From positions 442,868 through 506,867 of the forward strand of contig JAAOMT010000697.1 of assembly GCA_016748015.1 (NCBI GenBank): a stretch of 64,000 bases of DNA. Direction: 5' to 3'. This document shows, piece after piece, positions 22,737-36,200 of this stretch (positions within the stretch are counted from its first letter, which is position 1; each line of letters starts with the position of its first letter). Position numbers and translations under genes: made by a program. This DNA is from Geosiphon pyriformis uo1. Its lineage: Eukaryota; Fungi; Glomeromycota. A model generated the notes under the pieces. It saw only the letters and a list, made by a program, of their open reading frames with translations. It had not been told where the DNA came from and searched no databases.

Positions 22737-25700
22737 ATTCAATAATACAAAAGATAATAGAAATTTGGATGCTATATAGAAAATCCTTAAGGAGGTGGTT
22801 ATAAGCTCAGCTAATAGTGTGTTTTTTAGGCATTGGTTTAATGAGTTTGATTGTTCGAAAAATAAGCAGTCTTCAAAGTTCTTTAAGCTGAAATTGCTGG
22901 TGGCCAAGTTGGTGAAATGTTTGAGCTCAAGTTAAGAATCAAAAGCTGTTTGTCTCTTTGATGTATGGTCCACTCTCAATAATAAGAGGGCCTCCAAAGT
23001 ATGTACAATGTTCAATAATAGTAAGAGCAGAAAGAGCATTCTACAACATTTGTCAAAAGTCAAAAAATTGTACTGAAAGTCCAAATATTATGAGTCTAGA
23101 GTTGCCAAAGACATTTTAATCAGAAAAGCAATAAACAAATGTATAGAGAACTTTAGCTCTAACAAAGGACATATGATCAAAAATGTTTTGGAAAGGCTAT
23201 TTAAAAAGGTAGTACTGAACTATCTAATAGTGAATGATGAGTTAATTTTGGAACTTAAGGAAATAAAATTCACTGTTGATGTTATTATAGAAAAATGGAC
23301 AAGAAAACAAGTTGCTTCCAATTCTCTGCCTGTTTGTTGGTCTAATCAGTATGTCCCCTTAAGTTATATTTATGATAATGCATTTTCGGATATTATAAAA
23401 GTAATTGGATTGGATGAGTTTCTTTTAGTAATTAAAGAACTGTCTAACAGAAAAGCTGTTGGCATTTCTGGTATTCCTAATGAGCTTTGGAAGCATGAAG
23501 ATACTCAGATTCTGAGTGGTTTGTTAGACATTCTCAATATGTGTTTAAAGTTGGGTGCAGTCTTTTTACAATGAAAGCAAGCCTGGATTTCTATGATACC
23601 AAAGCCGTATGATTGGAAAGATACACTTACCAATATCAGACCTATAGCTTTAGTTGAAACAGCCAGGAAGATACTGTCTAAGGTTTTTTCTGACAGAATA
23701 TCTCTGGCTTGCAGTAAGTTTAATGTTCTTTGTAAAGATAATTTCTCAGTTTTGAGAGGCATGTCTACTCAAACTCTGATTTTTATTATTGGCTCTATTA
23801 TTGAGAATGCACTCAAAAAAAACAAAGAGCTGTGGCTGGTACTTCAGGATATGTGAAAGACTTATGACTCAGTCAGATGGTCCCATTTGTGAAACAGTTT
23901 AACTAAGATTAAGATGTGCCCTCATTTTATTAAGTTTTTTGGAAGCATACACAATAATTGAACCAACCAGGTAATAATGGACTTTAGCCTTATTGATGGA
24001 TATACTGTTCATGATAAATTGAATCAAGGGAAAGTTTTTTCACCATTGCTGTAGAAAATCTTTTATGATTCTCTGTTTTGTGAAATCAAAAGGCATAAGC
24101 AATTATGTGGTTATAGATTGAATTTGAAGTTTTTTATGAAGTCTAGTAAAGCTAACCCTAAGAGTAACAGAACTTTCTTTTTTGTGGTTGGTGTCTTTAT
24201 AAATAACACTATTTGGGTTAGAAACTGTCTGGCGGCCACACAACACATTTTGGACATTATAAATGAATTTTTTTTGATCAATAATATTGCTATTAACATG
24301 AACAAAATGATTATCATTCCTATTAATCAAGAGACCAAGGAGGTTTTACTATCTATTAATGGCTCTAAAATCTCTATTGCCAAAAAGGGTAGATCCTACT
24401 GATATTTAAGAATTTTTTTTTCTATGGATGGCCTGTTGAAACCAAGTTTGGCCAAAACTTATTTAAATATCAAGTTTTTTTCAAATGTGGTTTTAAGAAA
24501 AACCATTACTGAAAAGCAGTTTTTGTATTTGGTTTCTGCTGTTTTGTAGTCTATTATTGGTTATAGACTACAGTTCAATTGTGTTTCCAAAAGTGTATGT
24601 GAAAAGTGGGACAAAGTGTTGAGAAAGAGATTGAAGCTCAAGATCAACTTACCCAAGGATTTTTTGAATGAGGCTTTATATCATCCAGAGCTATATGGTT
24701 TGAGAACTTTTAAACAAGTACTGGCTGAGAATTTATTAGCTGGCTTAGTTATGTTCACTAATGCTGGTAAAATTCTCAGTAAATTATTTAAGCACAAAGC
24801 TATAGAGTTGCAGACTGCTAGCTAGATGCTCCAGCACCTTCTTCAAGTTCCAATTAAGTTGCTGATTGATTCCATGAATTGTTTTTTGGCTGATGCAACA
24901 TGTGCTCTCAAATTGTGCAATCTATTATTGGGCAGTAATCTGCCTAATGTTTTTTAGGCCAAGAATGGTATTGTAGTCTTGAATATACTTAGTTTTGACT
25001 CTTATTTGGGTGTGGTGAAGTCTCTTAAAAGATATGGTGTGGTGTTTGCAGACCAGATTTTAGACAAACACAGTACATGTTTTACATAGAACACCTTTCA
25101 TAAGTAAAAGAAACTGAACCCTAAAGGCCCAGTTCCTGTTTGGTTTGTTTTTTTGGTCAAATTTGTCAATAGGGATGGATTGTCGAATGATATGCCATTG
25201 TTTCCTTGTTCAGTTCTTGCTGACTTTCTTTGTGACTTTGGTTATGTTAATGAATGTCTATTAAGTTCTGGGTTGGGTTCTGTAACTATCTTTACAGATG
25301 GTTCTGTCAAAAATTTTGGTTCATTGGATGCTCGTGATAATGCCACCACTTACTTTCCAGATGTAAATGCTAGCATTAGAGTTAAAATGAATGAGTTGCT
25401 GTCTTCTACTCTGGTAGAACTGCAGGCTATTGTGCTTGCTTTGAAGTGTGTATCTGCTTCTTAATTTGTTAATTTGTTTACTGACAGCCAAGCCTCACTG
25501 AACATGTACAACTTTGGCAGTAGTATGTCTGGTCCTAACTTTCATGACAAATGCTGGATTAAGAAGAAACATATTTGTCATGTTATTTCCAGAAAGAGTT
25601 TATCAATTACTTGGAACAAAGTCAAAGATTATTCTGGTATTGTTGGAAACAAATATGCCAATTTCTATGCTGATGCTACCACCATCTTTAAGTCTTTCCT

Positions 25701-26580
25701 GTCTCTTGTGATTTTTTATTGTTTTCTCAATGTTGAAGATAGACCTGTTTCTGAAAATGCTTATTACATTGCTAAAAAATTATTTAATGCAGTTTACTTT
25801 GTTAGTTGAAAGGCCAAATGTGTTGGTAATGTCATTAGTGTAGGTTTTTGTGACTATTTTGATAAGGCCAGGACCTTTTGTGTTTGGCATCCTGATGGCA
25901 AAATCAAGTTTGGCTACACTAGTACTGTATCGGCAGCACTTTGGTTATACTTCATAAAGGCGCTTCACCACCAATTGCCAGTGGCCAAAAGAAAAAAATT
26001 GTATAATTTGATTTATCTAAGTATTGCCTGCATTTAGTGTGGTCTAGTAGAGGACTCTAATCACGTGTTTTCTTGTGCTTATAATGTCAATATTCAAAAA
26101 ACATTATTGTTTGATACTACTCTAGAATAGAATACATTGCTGGAGGTTTCTGCTGATGGAAATATGATTGCTGATTCGCTGTATAAGGCTGGTTCTTTTA
26201 TTGACTTGTACACAGTGCTGGCTAAGGGTTTTGTGTTGAAGAGTTGGGTGGCTGACACAGTAGACTATTTGGGTGCTGATTTTGGTGAAAGTGTGTTGGT
26301 TGTCAATTTTGTTTGTCATTTTGCTAAGAGTCACAGATCTGCTATTTGGTTGCCTATGGCTAAATTAAAGTCCTATTATGAGAAGCATAATCTTCTATCA
26401 TGTAATAGTTCTTCTGTTTCTTCGATATCTGGTTTGTCTTCTGTGTGGTCTACCAAGACAATCCAGAATTTTGGTTTCAGATTAGGTATTCATGTGTGTT
26501 TTGAGTTGCATTTATGTCTAACCAAATCAGATTTTGGTTTCTTGTATGATGTTTCTGTAATAAAAAATCTAAATGTGTAA
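22737..26580 (+). pseudogene. LINE ORF2 remainder: RT, RNase H and C-terminal Zn knuckle
   Basis: KAVGISGIPNE, RPIALVET, QDM*KTYDSV, LNQGKVFSPLL, FINNT (eroded FVDDT); RNase H FTDGSV, ELQAI, TDSQ, KVKDYSGIVGNKYAN; then CI*CGLVEDSNHVFSC. Confidence 0.92.
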
Positions 26581-26859
26581 TGCTGTCTTAATTGGCCCAA
26601 GTGGCTAGTTACATGTAGAAAAGACATAAGCCATGCTTAATTTAGGTTCTGTTTTTGATTCTATGTACTTAGATAGTAATTGGACTGCATTCATAAAACT
26701 TATAATAAAAAATAATATAATAATTAATTAATTATAATTAGTTTTAACATAATTTATGTATTTTTTATATATAACTAATTACTTAAATTAATTAAAATTA
26801 TATTATATAATTATATTAATCAAATTATTTTTTCTTAAATTAAAATTTATAATTAAAAT

Positions 26860-27843
26860 CAAAAAACTATATTATATTTTTAAGTTTATTGAGTCTTAAT
26901 ATGTTGAAGTTGTAAGAATTTATACTATTATTAATAAAAAAAATAAAAAATTTTAAGATTAATAAAAACTATATTATTAAAAATATCTTAAAACATTCTT
27001 TTTAAAAAGTGTGTTTAAATTATTTAATAGATAATAAAAATCTGGTACTAAAATCTAAAAAAATAAAGTTTAAAGTAAATTTAATTATAAAAGAATAAAT
27101 AAGAAAGTATAAAGTATTAAGAAATATTTTAAATATTTAGTTTTAATAATATTTGCTCTTAATTTATGTAATTAATGATACTTTTTTTAAAGTTAAAAAA
27201 AAAATTGGCTTTAATAAAATAATAAGTATTATAATAAAGCTATTAAATAAAAAAAATATTTGATTTGTTTAGAATATTAAATAAACTTTGAAAATATTGC
27301 AATTTTGTAGTTTTAAGTCTTTTATTAAATTTTTTTAATATTTGTTTGATAAATAAATTATTTTTTTAGTTTTAAAAAAAGTTTAAATGTTAATAATTTT
27401 TAAGCTATATAAATAAAAAAAAGTTTTAATTAATATTAAACTCTTTGCTTTAATTAAAACTGTTTAAAAAATTTTTTCAGTTTATAGTAGATATAATGTT
27501 TTTTATAAAAACAATTTTTTAGTATTAAAAAAGATAACTATACAATCTCTGATTTTTACAATTGGTTTAATAATAAAAAATGCTCTAAAAAAAAACTGTA
27601 AACTTTGATTGGTTTTATAAAATATGTACAAAACATATAATTTGATAAATTAAAAGCATTTAAAAAACAATTTAGTTTAAATTAAAATATATGACAGATT
27701 TGTTAGGTTTTTTGGTAATATTTATAATAATTAGATTAATTAAATTATGATTAATTTTGGTTTAATAGATGACTATTATATATATAATAGATTGAATTAA
27801 AATAAGATATTTTCCTTTTTTTTGATCTATTTTTTATGACTTC
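26860..27843 (+). mobile_element. Heavily eroded LINE ORF1 relic
   Basis: Residual matches such as ATTGGCTTTAATAAAATAATAAGT (cf. DIGLDKV) and CAATTGGTTTAATAATAAAAAATGCT (cf. IGLWQKA). Confidence 0.4.
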
Positions 27844-28732
27844 TGTTATTTAAGTAAAAAAAACAAAGCAAAAATTATAAAAAAAACATAATTATTATAT
27901 AATAATACAAAATAATATAAAATAATACGAAATAATATGAAATAATGTGAAATAATATAAAATAATACAAAAAAACATAAAATAATATACAATAATACAA
28001 AATAACATAGAATAATTAAGTATAATATAAAAAATAAAGCAATAATTAAGAATAATAAGTAATAATTAGTAATAACAAGTAATAAAAAGCAATTTTATAA
28101 AACTAAAAAAATGTATAAAATAAGTAATTTTAACAAATAGAAGAAAAAAATTTAATTAGCTATTTTATTTGTTCTTATATTTCTTAATAAAACTTTATTC
28201 TATTTTTAAGTACATAATTTTATTACTTTAAGTTTTAAAATTTAATTAAGTATTTGTTTTTATTTTTGTTTTAGACCAAATATAATTAACATAAATATCT
28301 TTAAAACTTTAACAACTTAAATTAATTGCTTTTAATTACAGTAATTAATGGGCTACTAATTTTTTTTATTTTTATTTTTTTTATAGAAGTGGCAATATTA
28401 AAAATCAACTATTTAGAAATAGACTTCATAATAGTTTGGTAAAAAAAAAAAGCTTTTTTTAAGTATTAAATATTAATTCTATCTTGTTAATTTACCAAAA
28501 AAGTAAAAAAACAACACAAAAAATCAAATATAATAGTTTTAATTATAGAACTCATATTTTTGTGTCTTATAACAAAAAAACTTAATAAGTAAAATCTTAA
28601 ATAAAAATTTTTTTAATGATTAATAATACAATTTATAATAAAAATCAACTTATTTAAAAGCTATTTAATTCTTATTACCAAACCACAAATATTAAACATT
28701 ACTATAATATTCTATTAAGTTAATTTGTAATA
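27844..28732 (+). mobile_element. Eroded solo LTR of a second Gypsy family, containing a 10-bp minisatellite
   Basis: TGTTA...TAATA termini with flanks CTTC/CTTT (4-bp TSD with one C->T). Reverse-complement homologue of 33293-34271. Confidence 0.7.
27901..28030. repeat. Degenerate 10-bp tandem repeat (AATAATACAA-like) inside the LTR; inverted copy at ~34090-34210
   Basis: About 12 consecutive 10-mers are visible. Confidence 0.8.
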
Positions 28733-29506
28733 CTTTTTTCTATAAAAAAAATAAAAAAGTATGTAAGTATAAAATTAATTTTAGATTTGTGGCTAAGACA
28801 GTATTATAAATAGATTTTTTAAGTAAAATTTAGTGTTTTTTGTAATTTGATACTCAAATTTGTCATAATGTATTCTGAAAATTTTTTGAATATATTGTAT
28901 TAAAATTTTTTTTATAATGAACAAAAATTTAATAAAATAGTAGTAAATAATAACTTTAAAATTTTTTCAATATAATAATTAATTTATTTTAATATTTACA
29001 ATTTTCTGATAAGTAATCTTAGTTTTTTGACTATTTTTATGGTTTTTTTTAGTATTTTTTATTAGGTAATTTTTGATATTGTAATCTTAATGTTTTTTTT
29101 ATAATTGATTAGTAACTTAAATAAAATAAAATAATAAAATAATAAAGTAGTAATTTTATTATGATTATGATTATTATTATTATTAGAAACTCCAACTAGA
29201 CACAATTCACACTTTTACTATATGTAACCAGTTACTCAAACCAATCAAGAAAACACTACACCTCTATATAAACTACAGTCTCATTACTCAAATTGGAAAA
29301 AAACAGACAAAACTTGTAAAAACCAAAGCTAACACTAAAAGACACATTAACACCAATTAACCTAACTATTCCATCTAATAAATCTGGTACCAAATTATAA
29401 AAAACATTAAAAACTACACCAAAATTATTAATTAAACTATTTTTCTTCATATTCATTTTGTATTTAGATTTAAACTCTCATAAAATACAACAATACTGCT
29501 CATATA

Positions 29507-30768
29507 CAGGGGGGTATAAAAAGTATTGGACACTTTTATAATATGTTATATAAAAGAACTAACTTATGAATCGTTAATTTTTTATTATTATATTAAAATA
29601 CATGTTAGTATTTTGTTTGACCCCCATTTGCTTCAAGAATAGCTTGAACTCGACGTGGCATAGACTTGATTAAATTACAATAGTAATTTACAAGTATCGC
29701 ATCCCATTCTTCCTTAACCTACCGTTCCAATTGTACAATATTTGAGGGTTGTGAATTACGTTGACAAATTTTAACTTCAATATATGACCAAAGATTTTCT
29801 ATTGGAGTAATATCAGGACTTTGTGTTGGCCAAGGAAGTAATTCAACATTTAAAGAGGTAAGAAAAGAANNNNNNNNNNNNNNNNNNNNNNNNNNNNNNN
29901 NNNNNNNNNNNNNNNNNNNNNNNNNNNNNNNNNNNNNNNNNNNNNNNNNNNNNNNNNNNNNNNNNNNNNNNNNNNNNNNNNNNNNNNNNNNNNNNNNNNN
30001 NNNNNNNNNNNNNNNNNNNNNNNNNNNNNNNNNNNNNNNNNNNNNNNNNNNNNNNNNNNNNNNNNNNNNNNNNNNNNNNNNNNNNNNNNNNNNNNNNNNN
30101 NNNNNNNNNNNNNNNNNNNNNNNNNNNNNNNNNNNNNNNNNNNNNNNNNNNNNNNNNNNNNNNNNNTTGATTTGGAAATTAATGGCTTGAGATGAGGAAT
30201 GCACGAGCGAAGTCCTTCTTGAGCTAATCCATTTCGAATAGTTTGTATAGAAATAGATTTGTTGGTATCTTTAATAAAATTCAATCATATTTGAGAAAGA
30301 GTTTGGTGGCGGGTTTCTTTATTCTCCATTATTGAATATTTGAATTGTTCACGTGCGCATTTGTCAAGAATTTGTGGTTGGCCCGTTCGTTTTTTAGGAA
30401 GTTTTTTTAGCTCGTATGACTTCCATACACGTATTACAGAAGAACGTGAACATCCAATAGTCGTGTATCTCACTGTTTGTATGTCCTAACTTTATTGCTG
30501 AAATAATCCCTCCTTTTTGGTATTCAGAAAGTTCTTTTCCAAGACACATTTGATGCGGTAAATTTTTTCACGACAAGAATGTTTGATATTTTATATATAC
30601 GCGTATGATCCACTGTTGTGTTTTACAAGGACACGATTTATATTGATTTGTAGATTATAACTATAAGTAATTATAAAAAAAATTATGGCTTAAATTGGTA
30701 ATGGTATTACTATATATTGCCTTTTTTATATATTATATTAAGTGTCCAATACTTTTTATACCCCCCTG
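29507..30768 (-). mobile_element. Tc1/mariner DNA transposon with perfect 29-bp TIRs and TA target duplication
   Basis: CAGGGGGGTATAAAAAGTATTGGACACTT at 29507-29535 and its exact reverse complement at 30740-30768. TA at 29505-29506 and 30769-30770. Confidence 0.95.
29605..30549 (-). pseudogene. Tc1-like DDE transposase (stops and an apparent frameshift; centre lies in an N-gap)
   Basis: GKELSEYQKG..GCSRSSVIRVW HTH region, SISIQTIRNGL, PWPTQSPDITPIENLW, SMPRRVQAILEANGGQTKY*. Confidence 0.9.
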
Positions 30769-31131
30769 TATATTATATACAAAACCAACCAAAATTTAGG
30801 TGGCCTTCTTATAATCTTCAAATATCTGCACAGCTTCATCATACTAACTCTCTAGCACAAAGTTTTTGTAGATAAGAACATACAAGTCAACATCTAATGA
30901 ACATGAAAAAAAAAATTCCACAATAATGAAAAAAGATATATAAGATTTTACCAGAGACTTTTAAATTGCAATTTGCTTAAGCAAAATTTTTTTACAGAAA
31001 TCAAACTCTACAGCACACATAAATACAGAATCAGAAAACTCAATCTTTCTATACTGTAAACACAAAATGCTTGGATATTTCTTATTATAAAGTCTCTTTT
31101 TAATAGTAACTGGCAATAGTAATTAGTATTT

Positions 31132-31575
31132 TGTTAACAGTTATAATCAAAAATTATTGTTCTAGTGTTATTAAATAATTATTATAAATACTAAAAATAT
31201 TAATATAATAATAATATAAGTTTTAATATAATAATCTTAAATTTATTAATTAATAAATAAAATAGAAGTTTTTATTTAATAGTTTAATTAATTTTTAATT
31301 GTTAATAAAAGTAAAAATAATTAAACTAATTTTAAAGTAAGTTTATTTATTGTTTTGTTTTTTTTATGTTTTTTTAATTTTTATTATTTTTGCTATATAT
31401 ATATATATTTTTATAATTTTTTTGAATTATTACTAAAATTTTTGATATTTTTGTCAATATTTTTGCAAGTCCTAAAATTTTTATTGGTATTTTTAATATT
31501 ATATGTTTTAATAATTTTTTACTTTGCTATTGGTTATTTATACTATTATTTTTGTGTTTTTTTATATAAATAACA
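31132..31575 (-). mobile_element. Eroded LTR-like fragment related to 37012-37200
   Basis: Ends in TAACA at 31575. The reverse complement resembles the start of the 37012 element (..AATAACCAAT.., TATA tract). Confidence 0.4.
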
Positions 31576-33292
31576 ACAAAATATATTAAAAATTAAACAA
31601 GTCTAACATTTTTTTTGCTATTAGTGTATTTATTAATAATATAATTTAAATAAACAATAGTTAAATTATATCTCAGTATATTTTAGACATTGTAAATAAA
31701 TTTTTTAAATCAATAATATCTTAATTAATAATAATAAAACAATAACTATTCTAATTAATCATAAAGTAATAAGTTTTTTTTTGTTAATTAGTGATTTGCT
31801 AATTTTAGTTGTTAAAAAAAATAATCTTATAAATATTTGGGTATTTTTCTATTAACAAAAAATTTGTCAAAGCTTAACTTTATAAAAGCTTATTTAGACA
31901 TTAAACTTTTTATTGACAAAGTATTAAAAAAAATTATTTTTAAAAATTAATTTTTGTATTTGATCTTAATAATACTTTATTTTATTATTAGTTATAAAAT
32001 TCAGTTTAGTTTTATTTTTAATAGTGTGTATAATAAGTAAGACATTCTAATTTGTAAAAGCTTAAAATTAAAATTTGGTTTGTTTTTGGATTTTTTAAGT
32101 AATCCAATCTATAATTTTTTTTATATGACATAAAAACGTTTAAACAAGTACAGACTAAATACAAGTTAGCTTTTGTGTTAGATTTTTTTAATATTTATAA
32201 TATTCTAAATTAGTTATTTAATTATAAATCTTTTGACTTACAAGTTTTGATTTGGTGTTTTTATTATTTTTTGTGATTTCTAGTTTTTTTCAAGATTAAT
32301 TTAACAAACAATTTTTTGGTTAATGTAATTTATATTTTTTGTAATTATAACTTATTATTAGTTAACTTTCTATATTTGATATTTCAATTTTGAAATAAAA
32401 TTTTAATATTAATAATTTTGAGTAGTTTAGTTTTTTTCAAGATGTTTTGCTTACTTAAATAGTTTGAAATTGCTTTTGTTAAACAGTTATATAATAAAAA
32501 AGGAGTATTTTTAACTAAAAAATTTTTAGACATTAAAAAAAATTGAATTTTTAAGACTTTGTTTTTAATTGGTTTATGTTAACTATTTGGTTTTTTAAAT
32601 AACTTGGCTACTTATTATAATAAATTTTTTTTGGTTATTAGTTCTTAGTCTTTGAATATTTTAAATTTATATAAGTTTAATTTAGTTTGTGATTAATTAA
32701 TCAATATTAATATGAATTGTTTTTTTATTTTTACTAATGGCTTTTTGAGCAATCTGAATATTATTAATGTGTTGACTAATATTACAGCTTTTTGAAAATC
32801 TAAATCTAGATTTAAATATTAAGATGTTTAGATTAGTTTTTTCTATAATAATCAAGCTATAGACTATTGTGCTAATTTTAATATATGTTTTTTTTTATGT
32901 ATAATCAAAATAATTTCTAATAGCCAGATGGCTTTAAATATATATTGTTTAGAATTAGTATTAATTTTGTTAGATTTTATAATTGTTGTTGAATTAAGTA
33001 GTAATATATTGTAAATATTAACAAGAAAAAAATTTAAGTATTAATTAACATAAAGTTAAAAGTTATTTTGACATTTTAAACAATAAAAGACTTAATATTC
33101 TGACTAATGCTATTTTATTCTTGAATATAATACTTTTGGCTTATATGTGAGAACAATTTATTAAGATTAGAAGTAAAATTGTTTTTAAGAATACAAAGTG
33201 TTTTGTCTGTAGAATTTTTCAAATAATTTATTATGCCTATTAAAAGTCAAATTTGGTGTTAGAGTTTTAAATAGTAATCTGCTTAAAGATAT
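31576..33292 (+). mobile_element. Heavily eroded LINE ORF2 fragment (post-RT to RNase H)
   Basis: 31862-31970 aligns to 24434-24545 (LKPSLAK..FF..VL.K....QFLYL). TTTACTAATGGCTTTTTG is an eroded TDGSL and CATAAAGTTAAAAGTTAT an eroded KVKGH. Confidence 0.65.
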
Positions 33293-36200
33293 TGTTATGA
33301 ATAAACTTAATAGAGTAATATTGTAATTTTTAATGCTTGTAATTTGATAATAAAAGCCAATTGAGTATTAATATAATAGTTTTTTTTTGATTAAATCAGT
33401 TATTAGTTTTTGAAAAAATTTTTGTTTAAAATTATATTTATCGAGTTTTTTTTTGTTATAAAACACAGAATTTTGGTTTTTTTAATTGTACTGTACTTAT
33501 TGTATTTTTTTCCAAGTTAGTAAGTATAATTATTAAGATTTGATGTTATTTTTTTGTCTTTTTAGTAAGCCAATAAGATAAAATTAATATTTAAACTTAG
33601 AAATAACTTCTTTTTTTACTAAGTTATTATAAAGTTTATTCTTAAACAATTAATTTTTAATATTGTTATTCCACAAAAAAAAATCAAGATAAAAGAAAAA
33701 AAAAATTATTATTATTAATTATCATAATTAAAAGTAATTGATTTAAGTTGTTAAGATTTTAAAATAACTTATATTAATAGTATCTGGCCAAAAATAAAAA
33801 TAAAAAAGACAATTAATTTAATTTTAACACTCAAACTCTAAAGATTATTTATGTGTAAATTGAATAATAAGATTTTATTAAATTAGTTTACAAATTTATA
33901 AGATAAAGTTAATTTAAACTATGGTTTTAATATAAAAAAAATGATTCTTGTTTTTTTTTTATTTTTTATTTATTAAAACTATTTATTTTTATACATATTT
34001 TTTGGTTTTACAAGATTATTTTTAATTGCTTATTATTACTGGTTATTGTTTGCTATTACTATTATTGTTTTGTTTTTTATGCTATAATTAGTTATTTTAT
34101 ATTATAACTAGTTATTTTGTGCTATTTCATATTATTGTGTATTATTTTGTATTATTTTGAGTTATTTTATATTATCTTGTATTATTTTGTATTATCATAT
34201 TTTTTTTATGTTATTATATATTAATTACGTTTTTTTAATAATTTTGAATTGGTTTTTCTATTCGAATAATAATATTTTTTTGAAAATTTTTTTTTTAATA
34301 TAATGTTTAATTTTTATGTTAAGTATTGCTTTTTGTAGTTTTTAAACTAAAATTTGTTATTTATTTTATGTTGTTAACTGTAATAAACTTTAATAAATTG
34401 TCTAATAGTATAGTTAAACAGTATTTAAATACTGAATATAGTCAATATATTACCTTATAATATAGTATTAAATTGTTTTTTTTGACAAATTTTTTTACTT
34501 GTTTGAGAGCCTTTTTATTGAATATTTGTTTGTTAATATTTAAGTATAGTGTTTATAAATTTAGTTTTTTGCCAATTTTAAAAAACTATTATATTAATAG
34601 AAGTTTTTTTTTCATGTTTTAAAGATTTTAGAGATTTACTTTTTTATGTTTAATTTTATGGCTAAATTGTTCAAAACTTTTTTAATTTTCTTAAATATTT
34701 AAGTACAGTATTTTTTTTTCTCTTAATTGTTTATAAAAATAAAAATATTCAGTTCTAGTTAAACTCTTATTTACTCTTTTTTGCTTGTATTTCTGTATTA
34801 TATTTCTTTTTTATTAATTGTAATTTCTATTAATATTGTAAATTGTTTAATTGTTTCAAATAGTTGTTGTAAAAATATTAAGATTTTGTTTAAAAAATCT
34901 ATGTTAAAAATAGTATTAATTTTTTTTTTATTTTTTTAATATTTATAAATCTATTTTATGTGATTTAAATTCTTGTACATAGATTGTGTTTGATAATAAT
35001 AATTGGTTTTAAATTTTGTAATATATTTTCAAGTCTAATTAATAAAATTTGTATTTCTAGTTAAGATATTAATAACAATAATTTTTGAAATTGTGTAATA
35101 AAGTTTTAGACAATTTTTATGTATGGTTTTTTTTAAAATCTTGTTTTCCAATCATAATTTGTAAGCTTTGTTGCTTAAAATTTTATGTATGTAAAATAAT
35201 CTATTTTACTTTGGATCAAATTTTTTACTCTACTGTTTTTTAACTTTGATATAATATAATAATATTTGATCTTCAATTTTAAATTTAACTTGTTGGTCTA
35301 ATAAGCAATTGTTATGTCTTTTTTTTGTTATTTTTAAGAATTATTAATATTATTAACTGCTGTTTTATAATTGTTTTCTAATGTTTATATGAGCTAATAT
35401 ATTTTTTAATACAAAATAGCTTTAAAGTTTTCTTTAATAATTGTTTTTGTTAAGAAGAAAAGTATTTTTAATTCAATAAATAGTGTGGTCTTTTTTCTAT
35501 AAATTAATTTGAATAATATAAACTAAGTAGTATTTTGCTTTAATATTTTATATGTAAATAATATTAAAAATATAAATAAGTCTTATTCTTGTGTATTTTT
35601 ATAGCTTATTTTTATTAGTGTTTTATATAAAGTTTAATTAAATTATTCTGCCAATTTGTTTATTTAAAAATAATATAAAGATAACAAAAACTGTTTTATT
35701 TCAAATTGTTGGCTTAATTCTGTTAAAATATTATTAATAAAATGTGTTTTTTAATTAGATAATAATTTTTTTGGGCATTTATGTTTGCAAATTAGATTTT
35801 GGTATATAAACTCAGTTACTGTTTTGGTATTTACAACTGGAATTGTTTAAGTTTTTGGCTATTTTATAAGATAGTTTACAGCTACTACAATATATAGATT
35901 TTTTTATATAGTAATTAAAAAAAATTCAACCAAATCAATTTAATTCTATTAAATAAATTTTTAATTAAAATAAATTAAAAAACGGATTTTTTTATTCTTT
36001 TTTAATCAAAACAACAGATAAAAACCATAGACTTAATAATTTTTTTTATTAAACTATTGTTTAATATTTACTGTATTTCTTATTTAATTAAATTATCTTT
36101 ATCTAAAATAACTTAATAGACTTGTTATTTAATAAGTTTAATATTTTTAGTGTTGATTTTATGTTTTACAATTTTAGTGTATCTGAATTTATTTTTATTG

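Larger units (their letters stand above)
8042..26712 (+). mobile_element. Full-length (~6.7 kb net) decayed LINE, copy 1, interrupted by a Gypsy element at 11786-22732
   Basis: The 5' end CTTCTTTCTCTCCTTCATC..ATTCCC matches copy 2. ORF1 and ORF2 remnants lie in order, followed by a 3' UTR and A-rich tail near 26700. Removing the LTR element and one ATGT restores the frame (KFLENMDV|FNNTKDN). Confidence 0.92.
29185..31130 (-). mobile_element. LINE 3' fragment (Zn knuckle to 3' UTR), split by the Tc1 element
   Basis: LPV..KRLYNKKYPSILCLQY..IEF.DSVF remnant at ~31020-31120, ORF2 C-terminus at 29256-29456, and the 3' UTR hairpin at 29225-29247. Confidence 0.75.

Noticed and set aside
27901-28030. 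CRISPR-like periodicity
   Set aside because: Simple 10-bp tandem units without spacers, in a eukaryotic context with no cas genes.
27844-34271. Long inverted repeats suggesting a foldback or MULE element
   Set aside because: Better explained as two LTRs of one family in opposite orientation. One has its own TSD and the other is attached to a Gypsy internal region.
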